A stretch of 64,000 bases of DNA from Lysobacter sp. (GTDB lineage Bacteria; Pseudomonadota; Gammaproteobacteria; Xanthomonadales; Xanthomonadaceae): assembly GCA_036676625.1 (NCBI GenBank), contig JAKFCN010000045.1, positions 137 through 64,136 of the forward strand. The letters run 5' to 3'. The translations under genes and the position numbers were made by a program. Numbering within the stretch: position 1 is the first letter of the stretch; each line of letters opens with the position of its first letter. This document shows positions 1 through 11,272 of the stretch, one piece after another. The notes under the pieces were generated by a model. That model was not told the origin of the DNA and ran no database searches. It was given only the letters and a program-made list of their open reading frames with translations.

Positions 1-44
1 GACACGGCCTCGCGGCGGCCCCTGCACGAGATCCAACTCTCGGA

Positions 45-67
45 GTCGCGACTTACGCCGCTCCTAC
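45..67 (-). repeat. GTAG-family REP-like element (GTAGGAGCGGCGTAAGTCGCGAC on minus strand)
   Basis: 22/23 identical to the copy at 24865..24887; begins with the GTAG tetranucleotide; lies just downstream of a gene end. Confidence 0.75.
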
Positions 68-79
68 GGGTGGGCAGGC

Positions 80-445
80 TTACCCGAAGGCCGCGGCCAG
101 CAGCATCAGGAAGGCGACCACCGCCAACACCGCATGCACCACCAGCAGCCCCGAGGGCAGCGGCAGTTGTTTCCACTGGTAGTTGAGGTTCATCACCAGT
201 CCGCCGAGGGCCGTGACCACGAACAGCACCAGCGCCCACATCGCCAGCTGCGGGATGCCTACCGTCAGCGCCGCATACAGCAGCAGCGTGAGTCCCGCGC
301 CCGCGACCAGCCCGTGGACCATCGCCAGCCACGGCGGCGGGTTGCGCTTGCCCAGGAAGTGGATGCCCGCCATCGCCAGTCCGCCCAGGGCGGCGACCAC
401 GAACAGGCACGCGGCAACTCGAAGCATCAGTACAGGTTCTTCCAT
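80..445 (-). CDS. Small four-TM membrane protein with an internal two-fold repeat and two His residues
   Basis: 121-aa hydrophobic ORF from ATG 445 with GGAG upstream; repeated LFVVxALGGL...H unit with 60-aa period. Confidence 0.8.
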   Translation of the reverse strand: MEEPVLMLRVAACLFVVAALGGLAMAGIHFLGKRNPPPWLAMVHGLVAGAGLTLLLYAALTVGIPQLAMWALVLFVVTALGGLVMNLNYQWKQLPLPSGLLVVHAVLAVVAFLMLLAAAFG

Positions 446-524
446 TGCCCTGCTCCCTCGCGCGCCGGCAGGCACGCCCAGCGGGGGACGCTGCGCCCGG
501 AGAAGTGAGGGCGCCGTCATTCCA

Positions 525-561
525 ATAGTTAATATCTATTAAATTGATTCTATCAATCGAT
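525..561. promoter_or_regulatory. OxyR binding site in the ahpC promoter region
   Basis: ATAG-N7-CTAT-N7-ATTC-N7-CGAT matches the OxyR consensus ATAG-N7-CTAT-N7-ATAG-N7-CTAT; AT-rich island upstream of ahpC; oxyR nearby. Confidence 0.85.
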
Positions 562-640
562 TTGATGATTGGATGGGCCCGCCCTATATTGATGCGGCAG
601 TTCCTTCCACCCCTCCCACGCACCCACGAGGATCCAGCGC

Positions 641-1204
641 ATGTCCCTCATCAACACCCAGATCAAGCCGTTCAAGGCCCAGGCCCTCAAGGACGGCAAG
701 TTCGTCGAAATCACCGAGGCCAGCCTGAAGGGCAAGTGGTCGGTCGTGGTGTTCTATCCCGCCGACTTCACCTTCGTCTGCCCGACCGAGCTCGAGGACC
801 TGGCCGACAAGTACGAAGAGTTCAAGAAGCTCGGCGTCGAGATCTACAGCGTCTCCACCGATACCCATTTCGCGCACAAGGCGTGGCACGACACCTCCGA
901 CGCCATCAGGAAGGTGCAGTACACGATGATCGGCGACCCGACCGGCGCGCTCACCCGCAACTTCGACGTGATGATCGAGGAAGAGGGCCTGGCGCTGCGC
1001 GGCACCTTCGTGATCAATCCGGAAGGCCAGATCAAGCTGTGCGAGATCCACGACAACGGCATCGGCCGCGACGCGTCCGAGTTGCTGCGCAAGGTCAAGG
1101 CCGCGCAGTACGTCGCCAGCCACCCGGGCGAAGTGTGCCCGGCCAAGTGGAAGGAAGGCGACAAGACCCTGAAGCCGTCGCTGGACCTGGTCGGCAAGAT
1201 CTGA
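641..1204 (+). CDS. ahpC: Alkyl hydroperoxide reductase subunit C (2-Cys peroxiredoxin)
   Basis: [13 protein letters not shown] and GEVCPAKW motifs, 187 aa, GAGG RBS. Confidence 0.98.
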   Translation: MSLINTQIKPFKAQALKDGKFVEITEASLKGKWSVVVFYPADFTFVCPTELEDLADKYEEFKKLGVEIYSVSTDTHFAHKAWHDTSDAIRKVQYTMIGDPTGALTRNFDVMIEEEGLALRGTFVINPEGQIKLCEIHDNGIGRDASELLRKVKAAQYVASHPGEVCPAKWKEGDKTLKPSLDLVGKI

Positions 1205-1226
1205 CCGGCAACCGACATGCGTTCGC

Positions 1227-1252
1227 ATCCCGGGCGGTTCGCCGCCCGGGAT
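1227..1252 (+). terminator. Stable hairpin after ahpC (terminator or mRNA-stabilising stem)
   Basis: Perfect 11-bp stem ATCCCGGGCGG-TTCG-CCGCCCGGGAT; no U-tract, so termination is uncertain. Confidence 0.5.
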
Positions 1253-1393
1253 CGCGGCAAGTCCCTGGACTTGCAGAACGTGAGGCTTGCAGAAGCGGCC
1301 CGGGTCCAAAGCAGGACTCCCTCCCCCCTCCGGTGTCCTGTCCGGGCCGCTCCTGCAGTCCTTACCCCCGAAGTTTTTCCCCCGGAGCCAACC

Positions 1394-2974
1394 ATGCTCG
1401 ATGCAGACCTCAAGGCCCAGCTGGCGGCCTACATGGAGAAGCTGGCGCAACCGATCGAACTGGTCGCGTCGCTCGACGACAGCGATACCTCGCGCGAGCT
1501 CGACGCCCTGCTGCGCGAGATCGCCTCGACCTCGGACAGGATCACCCTGCGCGAGGGCGACGATGCACGCAAGCCGTCGTTCGCGATCGTGCGCAGCGGC
1601 ACCGATGTGTCCGTGCGCTTCGCCGGCATTCCGATGGGCCACGAATTCACCTCGCTGGTGCTGGCGCTGCTGCAGGTCGGCGGTTACCCGGCGAAGATCG
1701 AGGAAGCGCTCGCCAACCAGGTCCGCGACCTGGAGGGAGAGTTCCGTTTCGAGACCTACATGTCGCTCTCCTGCCAGAGCTGCCCGGACACCGTGCAGGC
1801 GCTGAACCTGATGAGCGTGCTGAATTCCGGCATTTCGCACGTGGCCATCGATGGCGCGCTGTTCCAGGACGAGGTCGAAACACGCGAAGTGATGTCGGTG
1901 CCGACCGTGTTCCTCAACGGCCAGCCGTTCGACCAGGGCCGGATGACGGTCGAACAGATCGTCGCGAAGCTCGACACCGGTGCCGCCGCGCGCGAGGCGG
2001 AAAAGATCCGCAACAAGGACGCCTTCGACGTCCTCGTCATCGGCGGCGGCCCGGCCGGTGCCGCGGCAGCGGTTTACGCCGCGCGCAAGGGCATCCGCAC
2101 CGGCGTCGCGGCCGAGCGCTTCGGCGGCCAGGTGCTCGACACGATGTCGATCGAGAACTTCGTCTCGGTGCAGTACACCGAGGGCCCGAAGCTCGGCGTC
2201 GCGCTGGAGCAGCACGTGCGCGAATACGACGTCGACGTGATGAACCTGCAACGTGCCGAGCAGCTCATTCCCGCCAGCGAACCGGGTGGCCTCATCGAGG
2301 TCCGGCTCGCCGGCGGCGCGTCGCTCAAGTCGCGCAGCGTGATCCTGTCCACTGGCGCACGCTGGCGGCAGATGGGCGTGCCCGGCGAAGACCAGTACCA
2401 CAACAAGGGCGTGGCCTACTGCCCGCACTGCGACGGCCCGCTGTTCAAGGGCAAGCGCGTGGCGGTGATCGGCGGCGGCAACTCCGGCGTCGAGGCCGCG
2501 ATCGACCTGGCCGGGCTCGTCGAGCACGTCACCCTGCTCGAGTTCGACTCGAAGCTGCGCGCCGACGAGGTGCTGCAGCGCAAGCTGCGCAGCCTGCCCA
2601 ACGTCGACGTGCTGGTCAGCGCGCAGAGCACCGAGGTGCTGGGCGACGGCCAGAAGGTCAATGCGCTGGTCTACAAGGACCGCGAGAGCGGCGAATCGCA
2701 CACCATCGAACTGGCGGGCGTGTTCGTGCAGATCGGCCTGCTGCCCAACACCGAGTGGCTGAAGGGCGCGGTGGCACTGAGCCCGCGCGGCGAGATCGTG
2801 ATCGACGACCGCGGCGCGACCTCGGTGCCCGGCGTGTTCGCCGCCGGCGACGCGACCACCGTGCCGTACAAGCAGATCGTGATCGCGATGGGCGCCGGCA
2901 GCACCGCCGCGCTGAGCGCGTTCGACCACCTGATCCGCACCTCGGCGCCGGCCGCCGTGGCCAGGGCCGCGTGA
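1394..2974 (+). CDS. ahpF: Alkyl hydroperoxide reductase subunit F
   Basis: [10 protein letters not shown] start after GGAG; CQSC and CPHCDG redox motifs; GGGPAG and GGGNSG dinucleotide-binding motifs. Confidence 0.97.
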   Translation: MLDADLKAQLAAYMEKLAQPIELVASLDDSDTSRELDALLREIASTSDRITLREGDDARKPSFAIVRSGTDVSVRFAGIPMGHEFTSLVLALLQVGGYPAKIEEALANQVRDLEGEFRFETYMSLSCQSCPDTVQALNLMSVLNSGISHVAIDGALFQDEVETREVMSVPTVFLNGQPFDQGRMTVEQIVAKLDTGAAAREAEKIRNKDAFDVLVIGGGPAGAAAAVYAARKGIRTGVAAERFGGQVLDTMSIENFVSVQYTEGPKLGVALEQHVREYDVDVMNLQRAEQLIPASEPGGLIEVRLAGGASLKSRSVILSTGARWRQMGVPGEDQYHNKGVAYCPHCDGPLFKGKRVAVIGGGNSGVEAAIDLAGLVEHVTLLEFDSKLRADEVLQRKLRSLPNVDVLVSAQSTEVLGDGQKVNALVYKDRESGESHTIELAGVFVQIGLLPNTEWLKGAVALSPRGEIVIDDRGATSVPGVFAAGDATTVPYKQIVIAMGAGSTAALSAFDHLIRTSAPAAVARAA

Positions 2975-3951
2975 ACCTGCGCGACCTCCAGTACCTGGTG
3001 GCGCTGGCCGACCACCGCCACTTCGGCCGCGCGGCCGCGGCCAGCTTCATCAGCCAGCCCACGCTTTCCACCCAGATACGCAAGCTGGAGGAGGAACTGG
3101 GCGTCACCCTGGTCGAACGCGCGCCGCGCAAGGTCATGCTGACGCCTGCCGGGCGCGAGGTGGCGGAACGCGCGCGCCGGATCCTGGCCGAGGTCGAGCA
3201 ATTGAAGGAGGCCGCGCGCCGCACCATCGACCCCGAGGCCGGCAGCGTCCGCCTCGGGATCTTCCCGACCCTCGGCCCGTACCTGCTGCCGCACGTGATG
3301 CCGCAGATCCGCGAACGCTTCCCGCGGCTCGAGTTGCTGCTGGTCGAGGAAAAAAGCCCCGAGCTGCTGCGCCGCCTGCACGAGGGCAAGCTGGACGCGG
3401 CGCTGCTGGCGCTGCCGCTGCACGACGACCAGCTGCACGTCGAGTTCCTGTTCGAGGAACCGTTCCTGCTGGCGGTACCCGCGCAGCATCGCCTGGCCGA
3501 CAAGCAGACGCTGGTGCTGTCCGACCTGTCCCGCGAACGCCTGCTGCTGCTGGAGGACGGCCATTGCCTGCGCGACCAGGCCCTGGACGTATGCCAGCTC
3601 GCCGGCGCCAGCGAAAAGTCGGAATTCCAGGCCACCAGCCTGGAAACCCTGCGCCAGATGGTGGCCGCCAACGTCGGCGTGACCCTGTTGCCGGCCTTGG
3701 CCGTGCAACCGCCGGTGGCCCGCTCGAAAGATATCCGCCTGCTCTCGTTCCGGGACTCGCACCCCAGCCGCCGGATCGCCATGGCCTGGCGCAGGACCTC
3801 GGCGATGGGGGCCTTCCTGGGCCAGCTGGCCCGGGTCTTCCGCGAACTGCCGCCGGGGCTGCTCGCGATCCCCGGCAGGACCCGGGGAAGCCTGCCCTCC
3901 GGCCCCGGGGCCGGCCACGCGACAGTTGCCCAAGTGCCGCCCGCGCGATAA
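2971..3951 (+). CDS. oxyR: LysR-family peroxide-sensing regulator OxyR
   Basis: GTG start overlapping the ahpF stop (GTGA); LysR HTH ([17 protein letters not shown]); [15 protein letters not shown] redox Cys pair. Confidence 0.96.
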   Translation: MNLRDLQYLVALADHRHFGRAAAASFISQPTLSTQIRKLEEELGVTLVERAPRKVMLTPAGREVAERARRILAEVEQLKEAARRTIDPEAGSVRLGIFPTLGPYLLPHVMPQIRERFPRLELLLVEEKSPELLRRLHEGKLDAALLALPLHDDQLHVEFLFEEPFLLAVPAQHRLADKQTLVLSDLSRERLLLLEDGHCLRDQALDVCQLAGASEKSEFQATSLETLRQMVAANVGVTLLPALAVQPPVARSKDIRLLSFRDSHPSRRIAMAWRRTSAMGAFLGQLARVFRELPPGLLAIPGRTRGSLPSGPGAGHATVAQVPPAR

Positions 3952-3970
3952 CGTGGTCACATTCGCAACC

Positions 3971-4010
3971 ATGCGGGCGGGCGCAGGAATGCCCCGCCCG
4001 TATTGCTTTT
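3971..4010 (+). terminator. Probable intrinsic terminator after oxyR
   Basis: ATGCGGGCGGG...CCCGCCCGTAT stem followed by TGCTTTT. Confidence 0.5.
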
Positions 4011-4020
4011 GGAGAAACCC

Positions 4021-4446
4021 ATGGCTACCCCCAACGACCAGGCGACCCCGGCGCTGATCGTCTCCCGGCTCGACTGCGACCGGCTCGAGGCGTTGCTCGA
4101 GCAGCCCGCCCAGGCTGGCGCCCAGTTCGACGCGCTGCGCGACGAGCTCGCCCGCGCCGAAGTGCGCGAGCCGCAGGACATGCCCGCCGATGCGATCACG
4201 ATGAATTCGACCGCGCGGTTCCTCGACGAATCCACCGGTGCGGAGCGCGAGATCACCCTGGTCTATCCGCGCGACGCCGACGGCAGCCCCGAGCGGGTGT
4301 CGGTGCTGGCCCCGGTGGGCAGTGCGTTGCTCGGCCTGCGCGCCGGGCAATCGATCGAATGGCCGGTTCCCGGCGGCCAGCGCACGCGCCTGCGGGTGCT
4401 GGAAGTGCGCTACCAGCCCGAAGCTTCGGGCGATTTTCGCAGCTAG
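4021..4446 (+). CDS. rnk: Nucleoside diphosphate kinase regulator (GreA/GreB family)
   Basis: ITMNS, TLVYP and VSVLAPVGSALLGL motifs; GGAG RBS before ATG 4021. Confidence 0.9.
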   Translation: MATPNDQATPALIVSRLDCDRLEALLEQPAQAGAQFDALRDELARAEVREPQDMPADAITMNSTARFLDESTGAEREITLVYPRDADGSPERVSVLAPVGSALLGLRAGQSIEWPVPGGQRTRLRVLEVRYQPEASGDFRS

Positions 4447-4482
4447 GCTAAACTGGACATTCTCCCCGAACGATCCCTGCCC

Positions 4483-6249
<1,767 letters not shown>

Positions 6250-6263
6250 CGGGGGCGACCGCG

Positions 6264-6821
6264 ATGCTGCCCGCGCAACTCCACCTCACGCTGCCGGTCT
6301 GGGTGCACGACGTCGACCTGTCGGGCAGCTTCGCCGGCGACGAAGCCAAGGTCGCGTTCGCGATCGAGCTGTCGCGGCGCAACGTCGAGGCCCGCAGTGG
6401 CGGTCCGTTCGGCGCCGCCGTGTTCGACGGCAACGACCGCATCGTCAGCATCGGCGTCAACCGGGTGCTGCCGCAAAGCTGCTCGCTGGCGCACGCCGAG
6501 AACATGGCCTACATGCTGGCGCAGCAGCGCCTGCAGCGGTCGCGGCTCAACGACCCCGACGGCCGCTTCCTGCTCGCGACTTCGGCGCAACCGTGCTGCC
6601 AATGCTACGGTGCCACCTTCTGGGCCGGCGTCGACCGCCTGCTGATCGGCGCCCGCAGCGAGGACGTGATGCGGCTCACCGAGTTCGACGAAGGCCCGCT
6701 GCCGGCGGACTGGGTGGGGGAACTGCAACGGCGCGGGATCGAAGTGGTGCGGGACCTGCACCGCGACGATGCGTGCGCGGTGCTGCAAGGGTATGGGGAA
6801 CAGGGCGGGACCTTCTATTGA
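6264..6821 (+). CDS. Zinc-dependent nucleoside/nucleobase deaminase (cytidine deaminase fold)
   Basis: GGPFGA, HAE and PCxxC motifs. Confidence 0.88.
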   Translation: MLPAQLHLTLPVWVHDVDLSGSFAGDEAKVAFAIELSRRNVEARSGGPFGAAVFDGNDRIVSIGVNRVLPQSCSLAHAENMAYMLAQQRLQRSRLNDPDGRFLLATSAQPCCQCYGATFWAGVDRLLIGARSEDVMRLTEFDEGPLPADWVGELQRRGIEVVRDLHRDDACAVLQGYGEQGGTFY

Positions 6822-6840
6822 GCTGTCGCACGCAAGGCCA

Positions 6841-6863
6841 GCTCCTACAAAGCGTGCTCCTAC
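6841..6863 (-). repeat. Two degenerate REP-like ends (GTAGGAGC on minus strand)
   Basis: gctcctac at 6841..6848 and 6856..6863 in the deaminase-rlmM spacer; same 8-mer as in the longer REP-like copies. Confidence 0.45.
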
Positions 6864-6864
6864 G

Positions 6865-7962
6865 ATGACCGGGTTGTTGTGCTATTGCCGCGCGGGGTTC
6901 GAACCGGAACTCGCGGCGGAGCTGGGTGAACGCGCGGCGCGGGCCGGCCTGCACGGGCATTCGCGCGCCGGCCGCGGCGACGGCTACGTGGTGTTCGCGG
7001 GCGTGGATGCGGAGGCACTGGATCGTGCCCTGCCCTGGCGCGACCTGGTGTTCGCGCGCCAGAAGCTGCGCCTGCTGGTGGAACTGCGTGCGATCGATCC
7101 GCGCGACCGCATCGCACCGGTGCTCGAGGCGCTGCAGGCGACGGCGGCATCGGACGGCGGCACATTCGGCGACCTCGTCGTCGAGCATCCCGATTCCGAC
7201 ATGGGCAAGCCGCTGGCCGGGCTCGCGCGCAGCTTCGGCAATGCCTTGCGGCCAGTGCTGCGGAAAGCCGGGTTGCTGGAAGCGGAGGTCGACCCGCGCA
7301 AGCCGCGGCTGCACCTTTGCTTCCTCGCCGGCGACCACATGCTGCTGGCACGGGGCGATCCGGGCGACAGCGCGCCATGGCCACTGGGCATCCCGCGGTT
7401 GCGGCTGCATGCCGACGCGCCGTCGCGCTCGGCACTGAAGCTCGAGGAAGCCTTGCTTACCCTGCTCGACGACGGCGAGCGCGCGACGCTGTTGCGTCCG
7501 GGCATGCGCGCCGCCGACCTCGGCGCCGCGCCCGGCGGCTGGACCTGGGTGCTGCTGCGCAACGGCCTGCGGGTCACCGCGATCGACAACGGCCCGCTGC
7601 GCCAGCACGTGCTCGACAGCGGACTGGTCGAGCACCTGCGCGCCGACGGCTTCGCCTGGCATCCACCACGCCCGCTCGACTGGATGGTGTGCGACATGGT
7701 CGAGCAACCGCGCCGGGTCGCCGCGCGCATGGCGCAATGGTTCGCCGAAGGCTGGTGCAGCCGTGCGATCTTCAACCTCAAGCTGCCGATGAAGAAGCGC
7801 TGGCTGGAAACCGAGCTGTGCCTGGGACAATTCAGTGCCGAAGCCGGCAGGCCGCTCACGGTGCGTGCACGCCAGCTGTACCACGACCGCGAGGAAATCA
7901 CCGTCTTCGCCAGCCAGCCATCCCGCGTTCAGCCCCGCAACGCGCGCTTGACGGTGGATTGA
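6865..7962 (+). CDS. rlmM: 23S rRNA C2498 2'-O-methyltransferase
   Basis: YCRAGFE start; APSRSALKLEEA, DLGAAPGGWT, VCDMVE and FNLKLPMKKR motifs. Confidence 0.95.
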   Translation: MTGLLCYCRAGFEPELAAELGERAARAGLHGHSRAGRGDGYVVFAGVDAEALDRALPWRDLVFARQKLRLLVELRAIDPRDRIAPVLEALQATAASDGGTFGDLVVEHPDSDMGKPLAGLARSFGNALRPVLRKAGLLEAEVDPRKPRLHLCFLAGDHMLLARGDPGDSAPWPLGIPRLRLHADAPSRSALKLEEALLTLLDDGERATLLRPGMRAADLGAAPGGWTWVLLRNGLRVTAIDNGPLRQHVLDSGLVEHLRADGFAWHPPRPLDWMVCDMVEQPRRVAARMAQWFAEGWCSRAIFNLKLPMKKRWLETELCLGQFSAEAGRPLTVRARQLYHDREEITVFASQPSRVQPRNARLTVD

Positions 7963-8012
7963 TCCTGCGGGGTCCACGATCCGGGCGTTCCCCACCGCGA
8001 GGAAAGCCCCCC

Positions 8013-8750
8013 ATGACCCGCAAGAACAAGAACACGATGTTGTCGATCGCGCTGCTGACGGCGATCGGCTTCAGCGCCCCGACCCTGGCCCAGACCCAGG
8101 AACAGCAGAAGGCGCAACGCGAGGCGCAGGCCGCGACCGAGGCTGCAGCCCAGGCCAATGCGGACGCAGAGACCGCGCGCGCGGCGGCCGCAAACGCCGA
8201 TGCCACCGCCAACACGGCGCAGACCAGCGGTGCGGCCTCGATCTCGGCCGACATGGCCAGCGACAATGCGGTGCAGGCCGGGACCGCGGCGGGCATGGCA
8301 TCGGTGGCAGCCGCCAACGCGAACACGGTGGCCGACGACTCGGCCACCGGCAACATGCAGACCAAGGCAGCGGCGGAGACCGCGGAACAGGCCGCGGAAA
8401 TCGCGCGTGCCGCCGGTTCGGTCGCGCAGGATGCCGCGGTCGACGCCCAGGTCGCCAGCCAGACCGCGGCCGCGGCCGCACTGGCCGCGCCGGCGATGCA
8501 GGATCCGCCCGCACTGCCGCCGCAGGCCGCGCCCGCCGCGCAGGCCAACGTGACTTTCACCGACCACCCCGGCAATTCGATCTCGCCCAACTACCACGTC
8601 GACTTCGAGGCGATGGATGGCAACCACGATGGCAGCATCGTGCGCGCCGAGGCCAGCGGCAACGCCGACTTGATGCGCGAGTTCCACGTGGTGGACGCCA
8701 ACCACAACGGCCGGCTGACGCGCGAGGAAATGAAGGGCTGGCTCGATTGA
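8013..8750 (+). CDS. Secreted Ala-rich protein with two C-terminal EF-hand-like loops
   Basis: Signal peptide ending in TLA; DGNHDGSIVRAE and DANHNGRLTREE loops; GAGG RBS. Confidence 0.8.
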   Translation: MTRKNKNTMLSIALLTAIGFSAPTLAQTQEQQKAQREAQAATEAAAQANADAETARAAAANADATANTAQTSGAASISADMASDNAVQAGTAAGMASVAAANANTVADDSATGNMQTKAAAETAEQAAEIARAAGSVAQDAAVDAQVASQTAAAAALAAPAMQDPPALPPQAAPAAQANVTFTDHPGNSISPNYHVDFEAMDGNHDGSIVRAEASGNADLMREFHVVDANHNGRLTREEMKGWLD

Positions 8751-8775
8751 GCGCGACTTCATCCGGCACGGCCGG

Positions 8776-9966
8776 TTACGGAAGCCCTGCCGCCCTCTTC
8801 CACAGCAGGTGGGTGACCGGCGGCAGCTTCCCGGCCAGTCCGAGCAGCGGGCCACGCAGCAACGTCGCAGCGAAGCCGTCGCTGCGGTAAAGCCGATCGA
8901 TGCCTTCGAAGGCGTGCGCGGCCAGCGCGTTTTCGCTCTTGCGGCCGCGCGCCCAGCGCGCGAGCCGCGCTGGCGAAGCCCAGTCGCCACGCGAACGCTG
9001 CGCCGCCTCGACCATGGCGCGCAGCGCGGCGACGTCGCGCAGCCCCAGGTTGACACCCTGACCCGCGAGTGGATGCACGACGTGCGCTGCGTCGCCAAGG
9101 ACCAGCACCCGGTCGCGCACGTAGGCGTCGACGAGTTGCCGGCGCAACGGGAACGCGGCGCGCGGCGAGATCGCCCGCACCGCACCCAGGCGCGCATCGA
9201 AGGCGCGCGCCAGCTCCCCGCCGAAGGCCGCGTCGTCCAGCGCCAGCACGCGCGTCGCTTCGCCGTCGGGCAGCGTCCACACGATCGAACTCGAGCCGTC
9301 CGCGCAGGGCAGGAACGCCAGCGGCCCGGTCGGCAGGAAGCGCTGCCAGGCAGTGTCCTCGTGGCCGCGTTCGCTGGCGACGTATCCGACGATGCCGCGC
9401 TGCCCGTAATCGTGGCGCGCGACCCGCAGGCCGGCGAGTTCGCGCAGGGTCGACTTCGCGCCGTCCGCGGCGATCGCGATCCGCGCCTGCACGCGACTGC
9501 CGTCATCCAGCTGCAGCCGCGCGAACCCGTCGCCCTCGCCCGCCGCCTCCAGTGCCACCACCCGCGCCGGGCAATGCACGCGTACGCCCGCACCGGGCAG
9601 CGCCGCCCACAGCCGGTCCAGCAGCAGGCCATGTTCGACGATCCAGCCCAGTTCGCGGCGGCCGCAGGCATCGGCGTCGAACGCCAGCTCGCCGCCACCG
9701 GCCGCATCCCACACGCGCATGCGCCGGTACGGCTGCACCCTTGCCGCGCGCACCGCATCCCACACGCCGAGCCCATCCAGCAAGGCGGCGTTGTCGGCAG
9801 CGAAGGCATAGACGCGCAGGTCGGGATGCTCGCGGCGCCATGGCGCGGGCGCAGCACCCTCGACCAGCGCCACGTCCAGGCCACTGCGCGCCAGCGCCAG
9901 CGCGCACGCGGCGCCGACCACGCCGCCGCCGGTGATCACCGCATCGATGCTGGCGCGGCGGTTCAC
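8776..9966 (-). CDS. UbiH/UbiF/VisC-family FAD-dependent hydroxylase
   Basis: GGGVVG, ADG and GDAAHVVHPLAGQGVNLG motifs; GTG start overlapping the ubiH stop. Confidence 0.9.
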   Translation of the reverse strand: MNRRASIDAVITGGGVVGAACALALARSGLDVALVEGAAPAPWRREHPDLRVYAFAADNAALLDGLGVWDAVRAARVQPYRRMRVWDAAGGGELAFDADACGRRELGWIVEHGLLLDRLWAALPGAGVRVHCPARVVALEAAGEGDGFARLQLDDGSRVQARIAIAADGAKSTLRELAGLRVARHDYGQRGIVGYVASERGHEDTAWQRFLPTGPLAFLPCADGSSSIVWTLPDGEATRVLALDDAAFGGELARAFDARLGAVRAISPRAAFPLRRQLVDAYVRDRVLVLGDAAHVVHPLAGQGVNLGLRDVAALRAMVEAAQRSRGDWASPARLARWARGRKSENALAAHAFEGIDRLYRSDGFAATLLRGPLLGLAGKLPPVTHLLWKRAAGLP

Positions 9967-11225
9967 GCCACGCGCTCGCGGCACAGGCGCGGCACGTCGC
10001 CGCGATAGCCCATCGCGCCGCCGACCAGCCAGGCCTGCATAGCGGGCAGCCGTTGCGCCGCAAGCAGCCCCGCAGCGCGCAGCGGCCGCAGCAGGGGGAA
10101 AGCGTCCGCCGTGATCCGCGCCAACCCATCGGAAAACGCCAGCGTGCGCGTGCGATCTTCGTGCCGGCGCAGCACGTATTCGGCCAGCAACCCTTCAGCG
10201 CCCGGATCGTCCGCGCCCTCCAGCAGTTCCGCCAGCGTCAACGCATCGCGCAGTCCGAGGTTGAAGCCCTGCGCACCGACCGGATGCAAGGTCTGCGCGG
10301 CGTTGCCGACCAGTACCGCGCGCGCCGCGACAGTGCGTTCGGCGCGCAGCTGCAACGCGGGATGGACGCTGCGCGGCCCAACCTCGAGGAACCGGCCCGC
10401 GCGCCAGCCGAAGGCCTGCTGCAGCCGTGCCAGCCAGGCGGCATCGTCGAGCGCGGCAACCGCGTCCGCCTGCGCGCGTTCGACGCCATGGACCACGCCG
10501 TAACCGCCATCACTGCGCGGCAGCAGCGCGGTCGGGCCGTCGTCGCCGAAGCGTTCCCATGCGCTGCCGTCCGGCGGGCGCGCCGCGCGCATCCGCGCCA
10601 CGAACAGCATCTGGCCGTAATCGCGCTCGGCAACCCCGATCCCCAGGCTCGCGCGCACGCCGCTGCGGGTACCGTCGGCGGCCACCAGCAGGCGCGCGGA
10701 CAGCAGCCGCTCGCCATCGCCGGCGTCGATCCGCAGCGTGCGTGCGCCGCCGGCATCGTCTTCCAGGCCGATGAAGCGCGCCGGACGATAGCGGGTGAGG
10801 TGGGTGAGTTCCGCCAGCCGCGCCTCGAGGGCCTCGCCGAAGTCGCGCGCCACCACCACCCGGCCGAAGGATTCGCGGCCGTAGTCGGTCGCCTCCAGGC
10901 GCACGCGGCCGAAGTCGCCATTGCGACTGACGTGGATGCGGCGGATCGGCGCGGCCGGCAACCGCAGCTTCTGCAGTACGCCCAACGCGGTCAGCGCGTT
11001 CACCGTGGCCTCGGCGAAGCTGAGGTTGCGCTGGTCGAACACGGCAGGCAGCGCGCCGGCCGGGGTCGCCTCCACCATCGCGACGTCGATTCCGGCGCGG
11101 TCCAGCGCGATCGCGAGGCTGGCACCGACCAGGCCGCCGCCCACGATCAGCACGTCGTGGCCGCGGGAAGGACCGGCTCCAGGCGGGCCTGCTTCAAGCG
11201 GACGTGTTCGCACGGGGTCGTTCAT
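9963..11225 (-). CDS. ubiH: 2-octaprenyl-6-methoxyphenol hydroxylase
   Basis: GGGLVG and GNAAQTLHPVGAQGFNLGLRD motifs typical of UbiH. Confidence 0.88.
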   Translation of the reverse strand: MNDPVRTRPLEAGPPGAGPSRGHDVLIVGGGLVGASLAIALDRAGIDVAMVEATPAGALPAVFDQRNLSFAEATVNALTALGVLQKLRLPAAPIRRIHVSRNGDFGRVRLEATDYGRESFGRVVVARDFGEALEARLAELTHLTRYRPARFIGLEDDAGGARTLRIDAGDGERLLSARLLVAADGTRSGVRASLGIGVAERDYGQMLFVARMRAARPPDGSAWERFGDDGPTALLPRSDGGYGVVHGVERAQADAVAALDDAAWLARLQQAFGWRAGRFLEVGPRSVHPALQLRAERTVAARAVLVGNAAQTLHPVGAQGFNLGLRDALTLAELLEGADDPGAEGLLAEYVLRRHEDRTRTLAFSDGLARITADAFPLLRPLRAAGLLAAQRLPAMQAWLVGGAMGYRGDVPRLCRERVA

Positions 11226-11272
11226 GGCTGCGCTATGCTACCGGTTCCCACGCTACGACCTGCATGCCCACG

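Noticed and set aside
544-3951. 1135-aa ORF appearing to fuse a long N-terminus to OxyR
   Set aside because: The upstream part is an Arg/Pro/Gly-rich off-frame reading across ahpC and ahpF, expected in high-GC DNA; OxyR starts at GTG 2971, overlapping the ahpF stop
11226-11272. Possible cobalamin riboswitch upstream of the DUF6580-like gene
   Set aside because: Intergenic space is under 50 bp and shows no B12-box-like sequence
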